Shown here in pieces: positions 54,075 through 62,694 of a DNA stretch of 64,000 nucleotides. The stretch spans positions 19,280 to 83,279 of the forward strand of contig JAQTTB010000001.1 of NCBI GenBank assembly GCA_028710985.1. Direction: 5' to 3'. The position numbers and the translations under genes were made by a program. Source of the stretch: Patescibacteria group bacterium (GTDB lineage Bacteria > Patescibacteriota > Patescibacteriia > JAHJFT01). Under the pieces are notes generated by a model. The model ran no database searches. It saw only the letters and a list, made by a program, of their open reading frames with translations, and was not told the DNA's origin. Every line of letters starts with the position of its first letter. Position 1 is the stretch's first letter.

Positions 54075-55229
54075 TTACGCCGTTTCCAGCGCGAACTTGC
54101 ATTCCGGCTTCAGATCGAAATAAAGTCCGGAAATGTCGCGGCAGATGTCTTTCCAGTTATATTTTTCATTCACGAAAATCTTCGCGCGCGCGCCCAGCTC
54201 TTTCAGATTTTCGGTTTGCGGCAAATACGTCTCAAGCTTACGGATTAAATCTTCAACATTCTTATTTTCAAAACTGATTCCCGCTTCACTCACGACTTCC
54301 ATATTTTCCGGGATATCGCTCGCGATCACCGGCAAACCCCAGCCCATCGCTTCAAGCAAAGCGATCGGCAAACCTTCGGATTCGGACGGATGAACCAGCG
54401 CGTAAGCGTTGCCAAAAAGCGCATTCAACGGCTCGCCGTTCTGAAAACCGGTAAATACAATAGATTCGTCGCCGGCCGCCATCTCATGAAGTTCTTTCAC
54501 GTAATCATCTGTAAAAGCCGAGTCGCCGACGATCACGAGTTTTTTATTGCCAATTATCTCCGGATTACGGAATTTTAGAGTTTTATAAGCATCAATCAAA
54601 TAATGGGCGCCCTTATGACGCACCAGCCGCGAAACCATAATAATATACTCTTTAGGCTCAAGACCAAACTTTTTAAGATACTCGGTGTCGGCCGGATTCT
54701 GCATCCTAACGCCGTTCGGAATATATTGAGTCATGGAATCATAAGCTTCGGAGCAATACTGATTCAAAGTACGCGAAACCGTAATGGTGCGGTCCGCGAA
54801 ACGGCACGCTGACCATTCGCCAAGGCGAAGCATAGCGCGGGCAATAAATCCCCATTTTTGATGCTTGCGATCAATGCAGTGAAAAGTCACCACCACTTTG
54901 GTGCTGGGTCGCAAAATTTTCGGAAGCCACGAGAGTAGCGCCGGCCCGACGCCGTGAATGTGGATAATCTCAAAACCGCTCCGGCAGGCATGAATAATGC
55001 TCAAGAAAGTATGGCTAATGGCATCAAGATGCTTGGTCTTAAGGCTCGGGGTATAAATAAGATGCACCCCGTTAATCTGTTCCTCGTGGCCCTTTGAGTA
55101 CCACGGGCGACAGTATACAAAAACCTCCAGGCCGAGTTCAGCCAGGCCGCGCGAAAGCTCATCCACGTGGCGTTCAATACCACCGAAGATAGCCGGGATG
55201 CCTTTTTGTCCGATCATTGCTATTCTCAT
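54075..55229 (-). CDS. glycosyltransferase, GT4-like
   Basis: 384-aa ORF: MRIAMIGQKGIPAIFGGIERHV...ESEGLPIALLEAMGWGLPVIASDIPENMEVV. Confidence 0.85.
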   Translation of the reverse strand: MRIAMIGQKGIPAIFGGIERHVDELSRGLAELGLEVFVYCRPWYSKGHEEQINGVHLIYTPSLKTKHLDAISHTFLSIIHACRSGFEIIHIHGVGPALLSWLPKILRPSTKVVVTFHCIDRKHQKWGFIARAMLRLGEWSACRFADRTITVSRTLNQYCSEAYDSMTQYIPNGVRMQNPADTEYLKKFGLEPKEYIIMVSRLVRHKGAHYLIDAYKTLKFRNPEIIGNKKLVIVGDSAFTDDYVKELHEMAAGDESIVFTGFQNGEPLNALFGNAYALVHPSESEGLPIALLEAMGWGLPVIASDIPENMEVVSEAGISFENKNVEDLIRKLETYLPQTENLKELGARAKIFVNEKYNWKDICRDISGLYFDLKPECKFALETA

Positions 55230-55353
55230 ACCATGATTATTTGTAATGCGATTAATTTGTTATGTAATCTCATTAAATCCTCGTCTTGCCCGCCGAAATC
55301 CCGACCGAACGAAGTGAGCGTCGGGACGAAGGAGGGTCATTGCTATTCTCATA
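55214..55353. repeat. 17-bp direct repeat (TCATTGCTATTCTCATA) flanking a 106-bp insert that carries a REP-like hairpin
   Basis: Copies at 55214-55230 and 55337-55353, exactly 123 nt apart. The repeat contains the GT4 start (minus-strand ATGAGAATAGCAATGA). The insert contains ATCCCGAC-N15-GTCGGGAC (about 55298-55327). The upstream copy opens a 30-codon ORF, MRIAMTLLRPDAHFVRSGFRRARRGFNEIT*. Confidence 0.8.
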
Positions 55354-55413
55354 TTAAACAACCCACTATACCACATTTTTGCGTTTTTGTCAACTCTCGA
55401 GTCCGGCCAGCTC

Positions 55414-55442
55414 TTGACAAAACCCGCAATTTATGATATACT
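55414..55442 (+). promoter_or_regulatory. sigma70-type promoter upstream of the GC-rich lipoprotein gene
   Basis: TTGACA (55414-55419), 17 nt, TATACT (55437-55442). It leaves a ~215-nt leader before the ATG at 55665. Confidence 0.55.
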
Positions 55443-55664
55443 TTACCGTTAAAGTCAAAATGGAACAGTCGTATCTTATGACAAATTTTGGCTAAAGCAA
55501 GCCCTTTACAACCTTCTCCCAAGCGTCGAATCTACATTTTCTGGCTATTTTCAGCAATGGTTGGCACACAGTTCAACCCCACCTGCTCGGCTTATATTAT
55601 GCAGATTCATCGCTTAGGAGAAGCAAAACAACCTAAACGCAAAAAACACCGAGGAGGGTGTAAA

Positions 55665-56699
55665 ATGAAGAACTCCAGGATAGTGCTGATTCTCTGCGCC
55701 CTGGTACTGATGGCCTGCGAGACGAGGTACGTGGACGTGGGCGGCGAGCCCGACACCTCCATCGACACCGCGTCCGACAGCGTGGAGCTCTGCTCCGACG
55801 GCCTGGACAACGACATGGACGGCCTGGTCGACTGCAACGACAACGACGGCGACGAGAACTGCCCGCCGTGCGCGGACGCGTCAACCGACGCCGTGGCCGA
55901 CGAGATCGAGGACAGCGCAGAAACCGACGTCCCGCCCGTGGAGCTCTGCTCCGACGGCCTGGACAACGACTTCGACGGACTCGTGGACTGCAACGACGGG
56001 GACGACTGCTGCGATGAAGCAGTGTGCGTTACGAGCGAGCACTGCGCTTCGGAAGACGCTTCAAGCGACTCCGAAGAGGAAGCCGACGCAGTCTCCGACT
56101 CGGGTGCGGATTCGGATCCCGCCGAGGACCCCGTGCCTGACACTGATCCCGACACCGCCTCCGACCCGGATAGCGCAAGCGATCCGGACGCGGTCTCTGA
56201 CCCGGACGTGGTGGACGCCGAAGCCGACGCAGCTGACATCCTCCACTCCGGCCTGGCCACGTTCAAGTGGTGCCGGCCCATGACCATGGCGCGCCCCGAC
56301 CACATTCTCGCGGAATGCTTTGTCTGGGGAAGCCTCTATGAAAGCTGGGATGACTCCTGGGAGCTGGCAACCGGCTCTCCGGACTTCGTCGCACCGGCCG
56401 ACAGCGACTGCATCGAGTTCACCCTGCCAGATCTGGATTACACGCTCCTCGGAATAAGCGTAGAGTGCAACATCACTGCCTATTCCGACTCGGCGTACGG
56501 GCCGTGGGGACGCATCTACGCTCTCGGCGAGTGCACGTGCGGCGGCAGCTGTGTCGTAAAAGGCACGCTTACCGTCCGTTCCGGTCCCGACGCTGATGAC
56601 GCAACCGCCTTGGATCTCACGAGCCTAGTCGTGCAGAATCCGCGATGCGCGTCCCTGAGCGACCAGGCCGGCAACTACGTCCTCTCACCTATTCCATAG
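55665..56699 (+). CDS. GC-rich secreted lipoprotein with two TSP3-like Ca-binding Cys/Asp repeats and a poly-acidic linker
   Basis: ATG at 55665 is preceded by GAGGAGGG. Lipobox: [18 protein letters not shown]. Repeats: [29 protein letters not shown] and [24 protein letters not shown]. Then a D/S/P/A-rich linker and a ~160-aa Cys-containing C-terminal domain. The ORF-track TTG start at 55488 is rejected. Confidence 0.75.
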   Translation: MKNSRIVLILCALVLMACETRYVDVGGEPDTSIDTASDSVELCSDGLDNDMDGLVDCNDNDGDENCPPCADASTDAVADEIEDSAETDVPPVELCSDGLDNDFDGLVDCNDGDDCCDEAVCVTSEHCASEDASSDSEEEADAVSDSGADSDPAEDPVPDTDPDTASDPDSASDPDAVSDPDVVDAEADAADILHSGLATFKWCRPMTMARPDHILAECFVWGSLYESWDDSWELATGSPDFVAPADSDCIEFTLPDLDYTLLGISVECNITAYSDSAYGPWGRIYALGECTCGGSCVVKGTLTVRSGPDADDATALDLTSLVVQNPRCASLSDQAGNYVLSPIP

Positions 56700-56718
56700 G
56701 GGGTTCGTCTCTCCCCAT

Positions 56719-56768
56719 GGGCAGGATAAGCAAGGTCCCCCCCTACCTTGCCCCTGCCCGCCTTTTTT
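56719..56768 (+). terminator. rho-independent terminator of the GC-rich gene
   Basis: GGGCAGG...CAAGGT-CCCCCCCT-ACCTTG...CCTGCCC forms a nested stem (56719-56759), followed by CCTTTTTT. Confidence 0.7.
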
Positions 56769-56809
56769 CAGCGAATCATGCAAATGATTCATTGAAAAAA
56801 GGCAAAAAT

Positions 56810-56844
56810 AAAAAACGCCCCGTGTTTACCGAGGGCGTTTTTTT
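56810..56844. terminator. second, bidirectional terminator hairpin
   Basis: AAAAAACGCCC-CGTGTTTACCGA-GGGCGTTTTTTT. Confidence 0.6.
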
Positions 56845-56984
56845 GTGCATCTTAGTCAGAACATGGGGTTCGGGGGCGCAACTGAGCATGGCGCTAGGAA
56901 GCAGTGAATTGCCTATTTGCCGAGAGCGAACCCGCCTGCCAACGCCTGGCGTAGGCCTGGCGGGCAGGTTTGCGACCCCGAAAC

Positions 56985-57384
56985 TTCCTGCCTGCCGGCA
57001 GGCAGGTTGCATACTTTTGGTTACAAAAGTATGTCCCGCTGAAAGCGAACAAGAGTGATGCTAGAAAACAATAATCAATACCCAGACAAGCGGCAGGCTG
57101 TGGCTAGAAAATCCCAATATTAAAACAACTTGCACGAAAATATTTAATAGGATTCCCCCGGTACATTGAACCTGGATCCCCGCCTTCGCGGGGATGACGA
57201 AGAGAGCACTTTGCCACTTACCGTCATTCCCGCGAAAGCGGGAATCCAGAAACAAAGCCCCTCCAAAATCCCTCTCTGACACGTCGCTCGCGAGCGACGT
57301 GTCTCTGTCTCCCCCTTCCTGCCTGCCGGCAGGCAGGTCAGCCACCCCGAAACTTTTTGGTTACTTTTTGGTTACAAAAAGTAA
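56985..57384 (+). repeat. mosaic palindromic-unit repeat, copy B (expanded)
   Basis: 56985-57198 parallels copy A, with the same palindrome, hairpin, body and REP. It is followed by an inverted second REP (57223-57248), then the AAAATCCCTCTCTG...CTCCC unit interrupted by the palindrome ACACGTCGCTCGCGAGCGACGTGT. A second CCTGCCTGCCGGCAGGCAGG follows (57317-57336), then the hairpin TTACTTTTT-GGTTAC-AAAAAGTAA. Confidence 0.85.
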
Positions 57385-57459
57385 CGCGCCGGAGGCAAGA
57401 GACCAGAGGTAAAAAGATGCAAGAAAAAAATGGGAGGCCCAAACGATTGTAGGAGGAAC

Positions 57460-57489
57460 AAAAAGACGTGCCTTTAAGCACGCCTTTTT
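57460..57489. terminator. bidirectional terminator after the 631-aa gene
   Basis: AAAAAGACGTGC-CTTTAA-GCACGCCTTTTT. On the minus strand it lies 10 nt after the stop at 57499 and is followed by a U-run. Confidence 0.65.
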
Positions 57490-57498
57490 ATAATATTT

Positions 57499-59394
57499 TT
57501 ATGGACGGACTTTTCCAAGACCCGCCGCCCGCGTGTCATGCGCAAGCTCGGTCGTAATCAACGGAGTGGCAAACGACAAATCTTTACCGATAAATTCATC
57601 ATGCGCCGTCACCTTTATCCAGTCAACGAGCGACGCCGCCGTGCCCGCCTGATCCGCGGTCGGCACAATTTCCACCTCAAAGCTCAGGCCGATCACGGCC
57701 CCGGATTCAGCTGTGGCCGAAAGCTCTTTAAGCGACCAGGTTATCATTCCGGTGTCCGGATTATAATTAATGCTGTCCCCGGCCGTCACGCTTGAAAGCC
57801 CGGCATATGTAACATTCGGGGCAAGTTTTGCCTGCAGAAACATGTTGGTCAGATCGCTTGTGGTTTTTGGCAAATTCCAGAAAACCCAATACTTGGTCGG
57901 TCTCTCGACCTTGGGCGGCATGGAACCACGGCCAAGCTGATCACCGGTTTCGGCCCAATAACGCGCGAATGCCTGACTCGCGAACGGCGTTATCATTTTT
58001 ATATCAATACGTCCAGTTTTATAAACCGCAGCCCCTTCTTCCCCTTCAACGCGGTAACTCGCCAAAACCGCGACAGGCATTGTTATATTCTTCTGCGACT
58101 CGAGCTGTGAAAAATCCGGATTACTTTTTAGATATAAGGCGCCGGATACTTTTTTTGTCTCGCCCGGCGCAAGGCCTGCCGCACTTTCTTTAAAATAAAA
58201 TCTTCCATCGCGAAATTCCATTCCCTCGATGCGCGCCGTATTTATTAAATAAGCATCGGCTTCAACCGCGAGAGCGACGTCGGAAAGCGCAAAGTCGCCA
58301 ATATTTTTATACGATACCACGACATCCATTTTCTCGCCCCAGCCGGCAACCGGTTCGGATGTATCATTTATACGTATAACCGCTTCAATCTGCGGCGGAA
58401 CAATCTGCGCCGAAGCGGCTAAAATCTCCTGGCGCGCTTTCTCTTCACCCGCGGTTACGTATGTTTCGAAATAAAAATTCGCGCGGCTGTCCGGACAGGC
58501 AAGATAGCCGCGAATTGTAATCTCACCCTCTTTCCCGGCCTCAAGGTCGCCAATTCTAAAAACATTTTCTAACATAGGGAGCGATGAACTCAAGTATTCA
58601 AACCCGGCGGGCCAATACGCGTGAACCTCAGCATTCACGAGAGCGGCGCTTCCTGTATTTTTATATTTAATCTTAACATCAATATCCTGATTATTTATCA
58701 GCTTTTCCGGAGCCTCAAGCTCGGCCCAGAACACGGAATCATCTATAGTATAGCTTGCGGTGAACGGCTTCTGCTCATTCTTGCCGTTCTCGGCCTGTGT
58801 GAATCCGAGCGTTGACCAGACGGTTTGTGAATCTCCAACCGTGCCCCAAACGCGTCCATGCAAACGCAGTCTCCCCTCTCCCCCTGGGGGCAGGGTTCCG
58901 ATATCCACAATATTTTTTGTTGCGTCGGTCTGCGCCGGAATCGTATCTAAAAGTTGAAAATTATTCGGCAGCCTGAAACTCCAATAAGCCTCGTCAAGTA
59001 TTGATTCCGAATCGTTCCGGTAAACCCAGACCACGCTCACTTCTCCGCCGCTCACGATCTCCTGCGGCATAACTGCGGTATCAATATGAATCTTGTCGGC
59101 AATCGAAGGCTTGTAAAAATAAATAAGTGTGACAAAAACCGAGAGCGCAATAATGAGTCCTAAAAGCGCCATATCCACCCAGAAAAGAATTTTGGCGCGC
59201 TTGTATTTGCCTTCATAGCGCGTTTCATAATGATCGCGAAGCCGCGAGGTAATGGCTTTCGCCGGCTGTAAGGCCACATTCAGTGTCCCAATAAAAATAT
59301 TACCTCGTCCTTTGTCGGCCGCGGATTTAAATTCCTGCGGAGTCATAACATCTTCCGACACATTGGTTAAATCAGTTGTTTTTTCTTCTGGCAT
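57499..59394 (-). CDS. single-pass membrane protein with repeated CARDB/DUF11-like beta-sandwich modules (hypothetical)
   Basis: 631 aa with a TM helix (ILFWVDMALLGLIIALSVFVTLIYFY). Repeated segments resemble IGTLPPGGEGRLRLHG, IGDLEAGKEGEITIRG and LAPGETKKVSGALYL. Confidence 0.55.
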   Translation of the reverse strand: MPEEKTTDLTNVSEDVMTPQEFKSAADKGRGNIFIGTLNVALQPAKAITSRLRDHYETRYEGKYKRAKILFWVDMALLGLIIALSVFVTLIYFYKPSIADKIHIDTAVMPQEIVSGGEVSVVWVYRNDSESILDEAYWSFRLPNNFQLLDTIPAQTDATKNIVDIGTLPPGGEGRLRLHGRVWGTVGDSQTVWSTLGFTQAENGKNEQKPFTASYTIDDSVFWAELEAPEKLINNQDIDVKIKYKNTGSAALVNAEVHAYWPAGFEYLSSSLPMLENVFRIGDLEAGKEGEITIRGYLACPDSRANFYFETYVTAGEEKARQEILAASAQIVPPQIEAVIRINDTSEPVAGWGEKMDVVVSYKNIGDFALSDVALAVEADAYLINTARIEGMEFRDGRFYFKESAAGLAPGETKKVSGALYLKSNPDFSQLESQKNITMPVAVLASYRVEGEEGAAVYKTGRIDIKMITPFASQAFARYWAETGDQLGRGSMPPKVERPTKYWVFWNLPKTTSDLTNMFLQAKLAPNVTYAGLSSVTAGDSINYNPDTGMITWSLKELSATAESGAVIGLSFEVEIVPTADQAGTAASLVDWIKVTAHDEFIGKDLSFATPLITTELAHDTRAAGLGKVRP

Positions 59395-59411
59395 ACAAGT
59401 ATGATACCAAT

Positions 59412-61469
59412 TTATTTAATCATGGACAATGTAAAAACCCCGGTTGTCTCGGCGATAATCTCATCGCGTCCATCATTGTCAATATCCGTCGCCGCAACGC
59501 CGACTCCGGAATTATCGTGCACATCATAAGCAAAAAATCCGCCGCCGTCGAGCGCCTGCCCTTTTTCGTTGAACACGCGCACATGCGGACCGCCGCCCAG
59601 GCCCGGACCAGTGATTATTTCATCCGCGCCATCGCCATCCGTATCCCCGGCCGCGACATTCACTCCGCCACGAAAATTTTTATCATAAGCGAAAAATCCC
59701 GGATTGATCAGGCGTCCGTCCAGCCCAAAAACGCGCACATGCGGACCCCCGCCGACTCCGGCTCCGGCAATTATCTCTTTCCAGCCGTCGCCGTTCAAAT
59801 CTCCGATCGTCACATTCACCCCGCCACGAAAATTTTTATCATAAGCGAAAAATCCCGGATTGATTAAAACGCCATCGCGGTTAAAAATTCTAATTTGCGG
59901 ACCGCCGCCATTTTCCGTTCCGGTGACGATTTCCATAAAACCATCCTTGTCCAAATCTCCGGCTGTGATATTTATGCCACCGCGATATTTATCCGTATAG
60001 GGATAGAACTGGGCATGCACCTTGCCGGAGGCATCATAAATCGTCACGCGATTTATATCACCGACCACGGTTTCGTCCTGACCGTCACTATTCAAGTCAG
60101 CAATCGCCACATTACTTCCGCCCCGGTAATCCGCTTCGTAGGCAAAAAAACCGGTGCGATAAACTTCGCCGTAACGGTTGAATATTCTTACAAAACTTCC
60201 GTTTGTGAATGTCGTGTTGGCAATTTTTTCGATCGGCCGAATCAGCACAATGCCGTCGCGCGGCGCGACAACTGTGCCGCTCACGATGGACCCGTCGTTT
60301 TTTTTCGGATCCTGGACACCGTGAATTTTTTCATATTCTCCAAAAAATTCGGTTGACTGGTTGCTGTAAGTAGAATTCACCAGCACCAAGCCGTTTTGAA
60401 ATTCGCGCTTCCACAAACCCTCCATTAAATCCGAACCGGAAGAAGTGAGGTTTTCCGCCGGACCCTTGGGAGCGCCGAGATATGCACCGTATTCATCATA
60501 CCACCAGGTTTGGCCGTGATCCTGGTCACCGAAATCAAAACTGTAATATCCGTCAAAAAGCATAGCGCTCGTATAACCGAAACGCATTGTCTTGTAATCA
60601 TTCTGGCTGCCGGTATTGTTCGTATTGGAATTTAGAATATTGGACGATGGCTGCTGCGATTCCGTGACGGCATCGCGGTAGTTTTTAAGCGCGTACGTCC
60701 AATCTTTGCTCGAAAAATTCTCAACCGTCACACCGTCGGTATGGTTTGCGTAATACGGGCCATCATTCAGCATCACGAGATATTTGGAGCCAATCGCACT
60801 CGCGGTTGCATCTAATGCTTTCGCGATTCCTTCTTTCCACAGGCGATTTGCGTCGCTTGATCCCGCCGGCTGACCGTCGCGGTTAAAATCAAGATTTCCG
60901 CCGGCAAAATATGTTACATCCTCCCAGCCATTATCAAAAAAAACACCATCCCATTTTCCCGAAGCGATAATTTCATTCTTAACAAAACTCGGCAAATAAT
61001 CATTCCAGCGTTGACCGGCAACCGAAAGGCATTCGTTCGTGATATTCATTATCCAATTGCCCTGCCAGAATGATCTTTTGTTTCCGGATGTATCAACGAG
61101 GTACCATTCATTTTTAATTCCCTGGGCCAATTTACGCCGCAGCGAACTTGAGGCCAGGCCGTCAATACTTTGTCGCACTTCAACGAGCGGAATATAAGCG
61201 AATATTTTTATATCCGGATTGATTCGCCTCATCGTGTCAATGGCGGAGGGATTGGATGTCTGGATATCCATGTCCAAAATCACCACATCCCATTCTGCAA
61301 GATCTCGCGCCTTGTCGTCTGCCACGCTCCAATGCAAAAAAATATTGGCCAACCGCGGCGCGTCCGTATTCAAAGGCGCACTTGCCGCCAAACCAGGCCA
61401 ACTAATAAATATAATTAACAAAATAAAAAAGCCTTGAACCCAAAACTTTAATTTACGGAGAATTTTCAT
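59412..61469 (-). CDS. secreted protein: TIM-barrel glycoside-hydrolase-like N-domain fused to FG-GAP/VCBS propeller repeats
   Basis: ATG at 61469 gives the signal peptide MKILRKLKFWVQGFFILLIIFISWPGLAASA; the ORF-track start at 61574 overlaps the upstream GT4. N-domain: WDVVILDMD...IFAYIPLVE...GVFFDNGWEDV (weak recollection of GH114/GHL-type). The C-terminal half has 6-7 repeats: FFAYDKNFRGGVNVxxGDLxGDGxxEIIxGxGxGGGPHVRVF. Confidence 0.65.
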   Translation of the reverse strand: MKILRKLKFWVQGFFILLIIFISWPGLAASAPLNTDAPRLANIFLHWSVADDKARDLAEWDVVILDMDIQTSNPSAIDTMRRINPDIKIFAYIPLVEVRQSIDGLASSSLRRKLAQGIKNEWYLVDTSGNKRSFWQGNWIMNITNECLSVAGQRWNDYLPSFVKNEIIASGKWDGVFFDNGWEDVTYFAGGNLDFNRDGQPAGSSDANRLWKEGIAKALDATASAIGSKYLVMLNDGPYYANHTDGVTVENFSSKDWTYALKNYRDAVTESQQPSSNILNSNTNNTGSQNDYKTMRFGYTSAMLFDGYYSFDFGDQDHGQTWWYDEYGAYLGAPKGPAENLTSSGSDLMEGLWKREFQNGLVLVNSTYSNQSTEFFGEYEKIHGVQDPKKNDGSIVSGTVVAPRDGIVLIRPIEKIANTTFTNGSFVRIFNRYGEVYRTGFFAYEADYRGGSNVAIADLNSDGQDETVVGDINRVTIYDASGKVHAQFYPYTDKYRGGINITAGDLDKDGFMEIVTGTENGGGPQIRIFNRDGVLINPGFFAYDKNFRGGVNVTIGDLNGDGWKEIIAGAGVGGGPHVRVFGLDGRLINPGFFAYDKNFRGGVNVAAGDTDGDGADEIITGPGLGGGPHVRVFNEKGQALDGGGFFAYDVHDNSGVGVAATDIDNDGRDEIIAETTGVFTLSMIK

Positions 61470-62694
61470 TTTTGAGTTTAAGCGATGACTCATATATCTC
61501 AAATATTTTTTTATAGTGATCCGCCGCGCCGTTTTCTTTCTCCACCCTCGCCCTCCCCTGTTTTCCGAACTCAATAAGTTTTTTCGGATTTTTTTCCGCG
61601 TCCAGGATTCTTGCCGCTAAATCGTCCGGATTTCTTGGTTCATAGAGATAACCGCTCATACCGTGCTCAACCATTTCCGGAATTCCACCAAGCCGCGACG
61701 CGATTATCGCCTTGCCGAGCGCTTGGGCCTCGAGCACGCCATATGGATAATTATCGTGCATGAGCGTCGGCACGATTACCGCGCGGCATCCGCCAATTTC
61801 AGCCTTGAGCGCGTCCGGCGCAAGATGTCCGAAAAATTCAATATTTTTCGCGCCGCTGGTTTTTACAAAATCCTTAAGTCCGTTCTCGAGCGGTCCGGAT
61901 CCGGCGATCTTCAATTTAATATTCTTGTGTTTGCAAAAAACGCTTACCAGATCGGAGACTCCCTTTTCGTGCGCCAGCCGCCCGGCATAGAGATAGTAGT
62001 CTCCGACTGCTTCGTGCGGCTCATATTCATCAAGGAAAACAAAGTTCGGCACTACCTCAATGCGCTTCACCCGTACCCCCCAATCCTTAATTTTTTTGGT
62101 AAAGAAACGGCTTGGGCTAACGTAGCAATCTACCACATTTTCGTATATTTGTCTAGTCTTGGCAATGGCCATTTCCGCGGCCGCGAGAGCGCTCGAGGCC
62201 AGCGAATTCTGCGCGCATCTGTAAATAATGGCATTGTAATATTTGTGTTTGAAACACCTCTCGCAGATTCTGCCGCGGGTGAATAATTTATAATTCGGAC
62301 AAATGAGTTTATAGTCATGGAGGGTCAGGATTTTTGGCGCCGGCGAATCGCGGAGCGCATCCAGCACCGATGTACTCAGCTGATGATAGATATTATGGAG
62401 ATGCACAATATCGGGTTTAAAATCCGCGAGCAGTTTTTTCAAATTACTGCGCGCTTCGAAATTATATAAATACCCTGCCGCCTTGCCGGCTTCTCTTAAG
62501 ATTCCTTCGCGGCGGGTGTAATCAACTTCGGAAACAAAATACTTGCTCCATACGGATTTATCATTTTCACGGCCCTTCATGGAGAAGAATGCGACTTCGT
62601 GGCCCTGCCGCTTCAGGAGCTCCGCTAGGTCAAAAAAATAAGTTTCCGCTCCGCCGCGCCGGTAAAAAAATTTATTAATTAATAATATTTTCAT
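61453..62694 (-). CDS. glycosyltransferase, GT4-like
   Basis: 413-aa ORF: MKILLINKFFYRRGGAETYFFDL...MHDNYPYGVLEAQALGKAIIASRLGGIPEMV. Confidence 0.85.
   Translation of the reverse strand: MKILLINKFFYRRGGAETYFFDLAELLKRQGHEVAFFSMKGRENDKSVWSKYFVSEVDYTRREGILREAGKAAGYLYNFEARSNLKKLLADFKPDIVHLHNIYHQLSTSVLDALRDSPAPKILTLHDYKLICPNYKLFTRGRICERCFKHKYYNAIIYRCAQNSLASSALAAAEMAIAKTRQIYENVVDCYVSPSRFFTKKIKDWGVRVKRIEVVPNFVFLDEYEPHEAVGDYYLYAGRLAHEKGVSDLVSVFCKHKNIKLKIAGSGPLENGLKDFVKTSGAKNIEFFGHLAPDALKAEIGGCRAVIVPTLMHDNYPYGVLEAQALGKAIIASRLGGIPEMVEHGMSGYLYEPRNPDDLAARILDAEKNPKKLIEFGKQGRARVEKENGAADHYKKIFEIYESSLKLKNENSP

Noticed and set aside
55488-55664. N-terminal extensions given by the ORF track at TTG 55488, TTG 13536, 10838, 61574 and TTG 25224
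   Set aside because: The extensions overlap upstream genes or lack an RBS. They also encode non-protein-like sequence ahead of clear signal peptides or domain starts. Internal ATGs at 55665, 13614, 10712, 61469 and 25191 fit better.
55607-56305. 232-aa antisense ORF, plus 55633-55884, 56014-56283 and 56061-56303, overlapping the GC-rich lipoprotein gene
   Set aside because: Long stop-free alternative frames are expected in about two-thirds G+C DNA. The products are low-complexity Ser/Ala/Arg strings. The sense frame has an RBS, a lipobox and recognisable repeats.
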